Shown here: in pieces, positions 35,235 through 64,000 of the stretch | How the letters are laid out: each line of letters opens with the position of its first letter | Numbering within the stretch: position 1 is the stretch's first letter | Origin: Orbicella franksi | Lineage: Eukaryota | Assembly: GCA_964199315.1 (NCBI GenBank) | Contig: OZ116699.1 | Span: forward strand, 2,666,001-2,730,000 | Direction of reading: 5' to 3' | Length of the DNA: 64,000 nucleotides | The notes under the pieces: model-generated | Seen by the model: only the letters and a program-made list of their open reading frames with translations | Database searches by the model: none | What the model was told of the DNA's origin: nothing | Program-made: the position numbers and the translations under genes

Positions 35235-38200
35235 CGCTGAGACTCGGTAAGAGTGATAACTTTTACTTTTATTCTACCATCGAAAACACATTTTGTAGAC
35301 TTCTTATACCCGGGTAAAATAATTGTAGTATTTTTTCTTCATTTTGCATTGAAGATAGTTGATTTTACAAGGTGAGCGATATTTTTATTGAATGATTTCC
35401 ACATTAGCAAATTATGAAGCAATGCAATTATCGATGAGGAAACTAAAGCCATTTTGTTTGCCAACATATCAGCTTATTTCTCTTCTTTTTACAGCTAGCT
35501 TGTTACAATCACGAAATCGAAACATAAAATGTAAATTAAGTAACTTTTGGCATGAGAATTAACCATGTGGTAGTTCCGTGAATGGGAGAGTGATATTGTG
35601 CAAAAATAACCACGATATACAGAGGCGAAGAAATACGCAGGCTGGCAGTACTGGTTAGTTTTAATCATTTTAAAAAGGTTTGTCTACGATATTTGCACCG
35701 AATGGGAAAAAAATACTGGATTTGCAACAAAGCTGAACAAACGATTTTTTAAAAATCATTCACATCGGAGGAAAGCGAAGGGTGCTTTCAAGAAAGCATG
35801 AAATATTAATTATATTCGTACAGAATTGGAAATCAAGCCGGCTTTGTAGTATTTCGGCGGATGTATTGATCTCGAAAAAAAGATTTTCCGGCAAGATCGT
35901 ACTCAATGGCTAAGTTAATTTACAAATGGAATTTCTAGATTTAATAGGTCCCTTCGATCGAATGATAGCTCTGCTTGCAAACTCAGTTGATAGAGGAAGC
36001 CTTCAAGGACGCGGAAAACCAAGCGCTTGCTTTGCACCGCGGAAAACAATACCTCAGTTCATTTCAATGCGAAGAACATTTCAAAATACTTAAATATCTG
36101 GTTGTAAAAGTTATCGTCAGTAAACCCATTAAAAAGTGTTCATGATCCATAAGGGGAAGCTGCTTGTAAAAGCTGCATGGCAATATCTCCCAGCTATCGT
36201 AGAGCCACATGCGAGCTCTCTAAGTTCCAGGCAGAAATATTTTTCATCCACTCTATATTTTATATTTAAAGCGTTTAGGATTTTCCAGTGATAACCATAT
36301 ATAACTGGAGATTGCAATCTGACACAGGCCGGAGAGAAACAGATAACATCTTAGTATTCATACTCATCGCGAACTGAAAGATTATTCCAAAAATTCTGAT
36401 CGTTGTTTGAAGCTAAATATGCCGTCTGGTTTCACAAGTAAAAGCGTGAGTTTGCCGCCAATAGCTTGTGAAGCTGTAAAACGCAAGGCCCGGCTCACAG
36501 CGAGGGCCATAGATTCTGATGCTGAAGAGCTTTCAGTTTTTCAGCTCGAACTGGTCATCCACAGGAGAATTTTATTGAATTCTATTTTACAATTTTAAAA
36601 GGTACCTCATAAAACGGATCTTGCTATTTTTTAGTTGCGAGAATCAATAACAAACGGATTGCATTGGCAGCACGCGAGGAAATGTTTTCACAACACGCAC
36701 AGAAAACGAAAGCTATGAGACGAACTGTAAACAGGGTAAAGGGGAAAATAAAATAGAAAGCTTGCATGCTTAGTTGTTGTCAATTCAGTAATTCAACGCA
36801 GGTGGTAAGACGTTAGTATGCTGACGAAAAATAGAAAGTGCAGATCGTACCTACAACCAGCAGTGGGTTAAAATCTTTTCTGAAGTAAAACGATTTTCCG
36901 TTCGAACCACTTAATCACGTGCCAACTGTGAGTGCAAAGATACCCCCTGGCGTGGTTTCCTCTAAGGCGCATCGCTCTTCTCACGAATTCGGCCAAACGC
37001 TCTGTAGTCATTTTATAAGAGGAACAAAGAAGCCCTCCTCTTTTGATCATAAAATCTCATTTTCTACCAAAAAACGTACACTTAATTGATTTCTGCTTAC
37101 GGATAGGAAGTCTTTAAATTTATTTCCCACCGAATGTATTAACTCTGCGATGCACGTGTGCCGTGTCCCAAGATCACACTCGCTTAATTTGGCGGAACCA
37201 GTGTGTTTTTTTGTATTATGCTAGGAATAATATTTGCAGAAGAAAAATCCCACTTAAGTACAAATGAACTAAGAAGTAAGCAGTTCGTGAAGTTGAATGA
37301 CATTTCGTGCCCGGGATAACGTTATTTAGAAATCGCTCTCGACTGGAAGCTTCGATAAAATAGGCTGATATGCTAAATTTACTCGCTTATTTACTGAACC
37401 GCTTAGCAGTTCAAACTTGCTGCAAATTGCACGGCAACAAACCTGGGCATTTGAATAAATTAAAATCTCTGTTAAGCCTTTCCGTTTTTAAGTGTCACCT
37501 CTAAGCTCATCGGCCTTAGCTGATCTTTACCTTTCTTTAGTATAGTGGCAACGTTTGCGGGTGCGAGCGACGAAACGCCGACAAACCTGATGCAATCTTG
37601 TCAGATTGTAGACCTGCTTGTGCATGCATATTCTAAACTATATATGCTGTGCAAATGTCTTCGAGTCTCTATCATTGCCGTTGGTGCAGTTTGCTAGAGA
37701 GATTTATTTAAGTACTTAAGGATTTTTTTTCCGGAGTCGCAACAAAAGATGTTGCGTCACGCCGCAAACAAATCAAACATATTGACAAGACTGAACTGAA
37801 AAAGGCACACAGGACAAAATGCGACCTAAAGATATTGGTTTTAGTCACTGCTTGTCGTACAGTGGTTTCGAACGCAAAATTTACATGTTAGTGATTTCGG
37901 GAAGCGTGGTTCGATTTTGTTCAGGGTGGGTTGAACAAAAGGTGTTGTGAATGACATTAACGAGAAAAAACTTATAGGGAAGCGTAGAAAATAGGCTCTG
38001 TGCTGATTTGAATAATCGAATATCGTATGTGAATTGTGTGCATAGATAGAATATGTATAATTCATTACCACTACAACGACCTCAATTTGTTTTTTCCATT
38101 TCACTTAGTCCGAGAGGAAATAAGCGAAATTTACCGATCTATTATATTTCATAATATTTTCCTGAATTTCACGAAATTTTTTCCATGCGTGCCTGCTCGA

Positions 38201-39330
38201 TTTGCTACCAGTGATGAAACATTCCCATTGAAAAATAGAAAGAGGAAGAGGTATACACATATCAAAATTGACGTTTCTATTATTAAGGGAGGAAGCCCTA
38301 CACAAAAAGAAATAAACATAATTCTTAAATTTCTTTTTTTTCTGTATTTTCCACAACAATATCGGAATAGGAAGCCGATCGTGTCAAATCGTGTCGTTGT
38401 GTTTGGAGTGAGGGTGATAGTGAATTCATTAGAGTAATTTCTAACAAAGTCCGCGTTGTGCACATAGAACTTGGTTGGCTGTTTCGGTAATGAAATACTC
38501 CTTTTGCCTCCAAATTCATTGATAGCAAAGACGAGGACGTCAGCCGGAGAGTCCAGCCAATCAGAAGCGGTCTTTTACCTGTGGTCGCTTTCTGATTGGC
38601 TGTCGAGATTGTTCTTTACAAGATGACATTTATAATCAGACAGACCCAATTCGGCATTTAGAGGCCACAAAAGCCCTCAAAATTAGTCATCTTTGTACAT
38701 ATGAGAAGAAAATTTTACCGAATTTCTTCGATCTTTGCCAAGCTTCGAACAGATCACCTCCCGAAGGAAACCATTAGCTCAAGAAATCGCTGAAACGTAG
38801 GTATCTGAAGGGGCTTTCCCGGTTGAAACGAAATATGTACTTTCTTAGTAGCGGTGAAATGCTTCGCTTTGTAAATTTCATTTTGTTCGTGTACTAAGCC
38901 AGATAATTTTCCATTTGCCCTAGGGTTTTGGATGATGCGTGTATAAGTAAAGTAAATGCGAGCGGAGATCAAATGAAGACAGAAATAATAAGATAAACTT
39001 GTTTGTTTCAGGCCTTTACTGTGTTGGTTAGATGCAGCGATCGAATGAAATTTACTACTACTACTACGAAATACGAAACTGAACTCAACATGTCACGGTG
39101 CCGACAAAGGTTAGTTTAACAGCGATCGCGAATGATCTGCCCGCGATAAATCTTGTTCATATTCTTTTGAATTTATCGAATTTATGTTTGTGAAGGCTGA
39201 TATCCGGTGTAATTCTCTTTTAGGGTGGTCGACAAGTACGAGTGAATGCAGACTACGGTGAGCGTCACTCATTATTCTGTCATTGACTACAAAGAAGTGT
39301 AGATCGTGGTCTTCATGCAGCGAAACCACC

Positions 39331-41062
39331 ATGGTGACTGTCATTACTAACAAGCTGAAAAATCAGTCTCTCGAGGATCTCCCGAATAATGAGCCGGAGG
39401 TAGGATTTCTATGAATTTATGTTCGTTCGAAAGACCTGTCGTAAGTTAGTACGCTTTTGACTCGATCGCGAGTTGACACGAATTTCAATGATGTTTACTC
39501 TTCGCTGCTTTGCTTTCAGATAAGTGCAATCCAACTCCGAGCTAACCCTGCCCGAACTACGCACATTTCAGGTACAGTGCATTACTGATATTTCACTTTC
39601 GTGTGGTGTGAGAAATTTTTGTGGGATTTTAATCTTGCTTCGAAATATCGCCAAATAAAAACTGCATTTAATCATCCACGCATTGTTTTTGTTCGCCTGT
39701 ACTGCTACAAAACACATGGTTCACAATGCAATATTTCCTTCGCTTTCAGAATGCCCCCTCGCACACAGGCTGCGTCGAGATGTGCGCCAGATTATCGGGC
39801 ACTCACGGACGCGGAGTTACCCATCACATCGACCTAGACGAACATACTGCAAGAACTGTTCTTCAAGCGACTCATCTGCTATGCACAGGAGTGCTCAGCC
39901 ACCCGCTAATAAGAAATTATGTTCTTCACTCTCGCTACCGGGGTGTGAAAGCGCAGAGGTGCAATCATCCTGGGTTCCACGAGCTTCATCGGTTTGGCAA
40001 CCGGTGGAAAACTGCGGGGTAAAACCACGGTCTGAATCGTGCCCGGACGAGAAATTTAACTTGGCTGAGTCGCTGTGGATGAACAACGAGGTAGAATCCA
40101 TTTCAACACCTCCTGCCTCGCCAACACCAAGACCTGCTTCAGCAGATGCAGCACTCGGGGAGAAACACCCATCCACGAAAAACGAAAGGACTGATTCTGT
40201 TCTCACGGCGAACAAGATTAGCAATGCTAGAGACTTTAACTTTAATTGGAAACCGAATCTAGCGGGGTTGCAAAGAAGCCGTTCACAACCCTGCTTCGAT
40301 CGAAAGAGAAGTGGTATGAAGAGAAGGATAGAAGAGGACTTCGACGCCAGGAGACCTGCATTGGACTTGGCGAAAATGGAAGAGGTCTTGATTTTAGATT
40401 CAATTTATTTCAGAGTCGTGCAGGCAAAAAATTGTTATTCCTTAATCCTGACGAGAAGCTAAATAATCACTGAGTAGTTTTGAATAATTCATTTTTATGA
40501 ATATTTTACAAAAGACGGTTTCTAACTTGGTTGTTGTTTTTTTCTTTTCTCGTTAAAAATGATTAATGGGTATTTCAGTCTAATAATAAGCGGGCGTATT
40601 TTTTTTTGCTTTGCAGACCTCGTACTACCGTTGTCGAGACAGAAAAAGGGGCCTACGGATTCCAAAATACATGGTAATTCAATGCTTTGTGTACCTGGTG
40701 AATGGTGTCGCTAGATAACTCTTAATGCAAATGCATATGTTTTCCTGTTTTAGAATAAAAAGTATTCAAGAGAATTAACAAGCTATTTCGCGGAGCCGGA
40801 GAATTTTACGCTGAAACCGATCGCTTCATCTCCCCTGTACGCCCAGGACAGCAGTATTATGATCACCCCAACCTCGTCTCCAACGAAGCAAATGGATTCA
40901 GGAATCGAAATCGTCGAAGGCTTTGAAGAAAACAACAAGATATCAGACCTGGAAAACGGCAGATTGAATAATTTAAGCCCTAAAGCACAGGACGAAGGAG
41001 TTTTTCATTTAGATTATAATTCCGACCTCGATTTGAACTCTATTGAAGACGATCTTTTATAG
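39331..41062 (+). CDS. FAM53: FAM53-family protein (about 373 aa); exons 39331-39399, 39520-39571, 39750-40384, 40617-40673, 40754-41062
   Basis: MVTVITNKLKNQSLEDL N-terminus, PPANKKLCSSLS, SWVPRASSVWQPVE, STPPASPTPRPASA, LQRSRSQPCF..KRR..RPALDLAKM, LKPIASSP, LDLNSIEDD are FAM53 family motifs. Phases consistent; 1122 nt. Confidence 0.9.
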
Positions 41063-41477
41063 GAAAAAAAACACTTTGGCATGTACAGTCTTTTAAACTT
41101 TCAAAGTTTGTAAATGAAGCCGCTCGTACGTGGACCACTTACCAAAACAAACATTTATTTATTGCCTTGTATTTAGATCCTAGAGTTGTATTATCTCCTT
41201 GAATATATCCTTGAATATATCCATGTAGAAACAGGTCTTGTATATTTTTGCATATATTAAGACTGTGTTACGCAGATGAACAATTTTTGCACGTTGTTCC
41301 AGCTAACATGAAGTTAGGAAGATACGAAATTCAACGAAAGGATGTATTAAAATGAGAAGAGATGGATCTTATAAGATATTAAAGAGATTGTTTAATAGAG
41401 ATATTTGCAAATTCAAGCGCAAGCTATTCAATAAGGGCGGACGGCGGTCGCAGTCCTTGAAGCGAATCGCGTTCATG

Positions 41478-41612
41478 AAGTAAACAAACTTTTTTCGAAC
41501 TGATGTTTTACCGCGCAAGTTTGGATTTCGCGGCAAAATTCATTTTTAACCAATCAGATGCAAGTATAGCTGACGTCACGATTCTCGAATAAGAGTCAAA
41601 ATGGCGGCCATG
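41478..41612 (+). promoter_or_regulatory. DNAAF9 proximal promoter
   Basis: Forkhead-like GTAAACAAA 41480-41488, CCAAT 41550-41554, CRE TGACGTCA 41571-41578, YY1 CAAAATGGCGGCC 41597-41609. Confidence 0.65.
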
Positions 41613-41641
41613 TTTGTTGTGAGTTGTACTTTTGCAAAACT

Positions 41642-63103
<21,462 letters not shown>

Positions 63104-63644
63104 GTGCGGCTACAACACCATACTGAAATGGATCATACTGCCAAAGATTTGCCATTGCAATAAGAAAATATCAGAGGTCTTTGGGTCAGGTTGTCGGCGA
63201 TTTGTAATCTTATCTAGAAAACCGGTTTCACTAAAAACGCAGGCACATTCAATTTTCCTTGGTGGGATTTTGGAAGAAAAGTGTCCCCGGATGCTTCAGA
63301 AGCACTTTATCCACATCGTCAAACAGACAGATGATATGAATAAAAATAAAGATAAAAATAAAGACAAAAATCGTCAATGCTTGGGGTATTGTCTTCATAT
63401 GTATGTTTAGGGCAGTTAATCAAGTGAGGAAGACTTTCAAACTGGCTTGTTCTTCTCAACAGAATGACCCTGCCCAAACTGCTGGAACAGTGTGCTCAAG
63501 GTTTGCAAGCTATTTATCCTCTTATCGTCGTTTTACAGCGTACTGTTTAAATTGGGAACGAACCAATCACTCCCTCTCTCCAGATACACAAATAGTAAAA
63601 GGTAGAGGAAAAGTCGAGTGGTCCATACCTCCGGAGCTTAAATT

Positions 63645-63835
63645 GTCCCAGGTTATGTAGCATGTAAGCGACTACGAGTATATCTACTCCCCCTGGATGG
63701 AATGCTAGTTCATCATACAATGCAGATTTACCCCCGAGAATTAAACTCACCGATACCTTTTTATACACCTGAGTGGAGAGAGGCACTGAGAGTGAAGTGT
63801 CCGCTCTATCCAAAGACCAGCGCACTAGTCATTAG
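63645..63835 (+). mobile_element. tRNA-derived SINE copy
   Basis: GTAGCATG.AAGCGACTA.GAGTAT.TCTACTCCCCCTGGATGG...TTTATACACCTG.GTGGAGAGAGGCACTG. This is the best preserved copy of the family in the window. Confidence 0.75.
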
Positions 63836-64000
63836 CCCCCGGTATTTACGGGTACCAGTGAAATTATTAGGGCAACCTGTAGCCTGTAATAGACTAACAT
63901 CCAATCGTACAGAAACCAGAAGTTAAGAATCTTATGTAGACATTTTTACTTGTGAACAAGACATGCAAGATTTAATCCGTCTTACAAACGTTTTTCTTTC

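Noticed and set aside
38036-38528. Cluster of overlapping ORFs on both strands
   Set aside because: AT-rich F/I/K/N-biased translations typical of non-coding DNA, probably within the FAM53 5' intron.

Overview
AT-rich eukaryotic genomic DNA with spliceosomal introns. The repeat landscape and protein divergence suggest a stony coral or other anthozoan (inference). I rebuilt five protein-coding genes by hand from GT-AG boundaries with consistent intron phases: cyclin J (+, 8387-10702, 4 exons), the DNA cross-link repair nuclease SNM1A/DCLRE1A (-, 12471-19596, 10 exons), a BC-box-like/LRR protein (+, 19938-22146, 3 exons, head-to-head with DCLRE1A), a FAM53-family protein (+, 39331-41062, 5 coding exons) and DNAAF9/C20orf194 (+, 41642 to beyond 63103, 31 exons seen, continues past the window). 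Almost absent from the ORF track is a spliced but disabled major vault protein (MVP) gene on the minus strand (about 4163-7412), truncated next to Gypsy-gag and LINE debris. The rest is transposon-derived: hAT-like elements with 5-6 bp TSDs, a 9-bp-TSD element, Harbinger-type MITEs, foldbacks, SINEs and minisatellites. A long stretch of unexplained coding-like debris lies on the minus strand at 26-37 kb. I cannot demonstrate a wholly new biological system. The best leads are the MVP pseudogene, an apparently intact P-loop in DNAAF9, YY1-motif uORFs at two promoters, and the unidentified decayed gene(s). Homology calls are from recall of the families; no database search was run.
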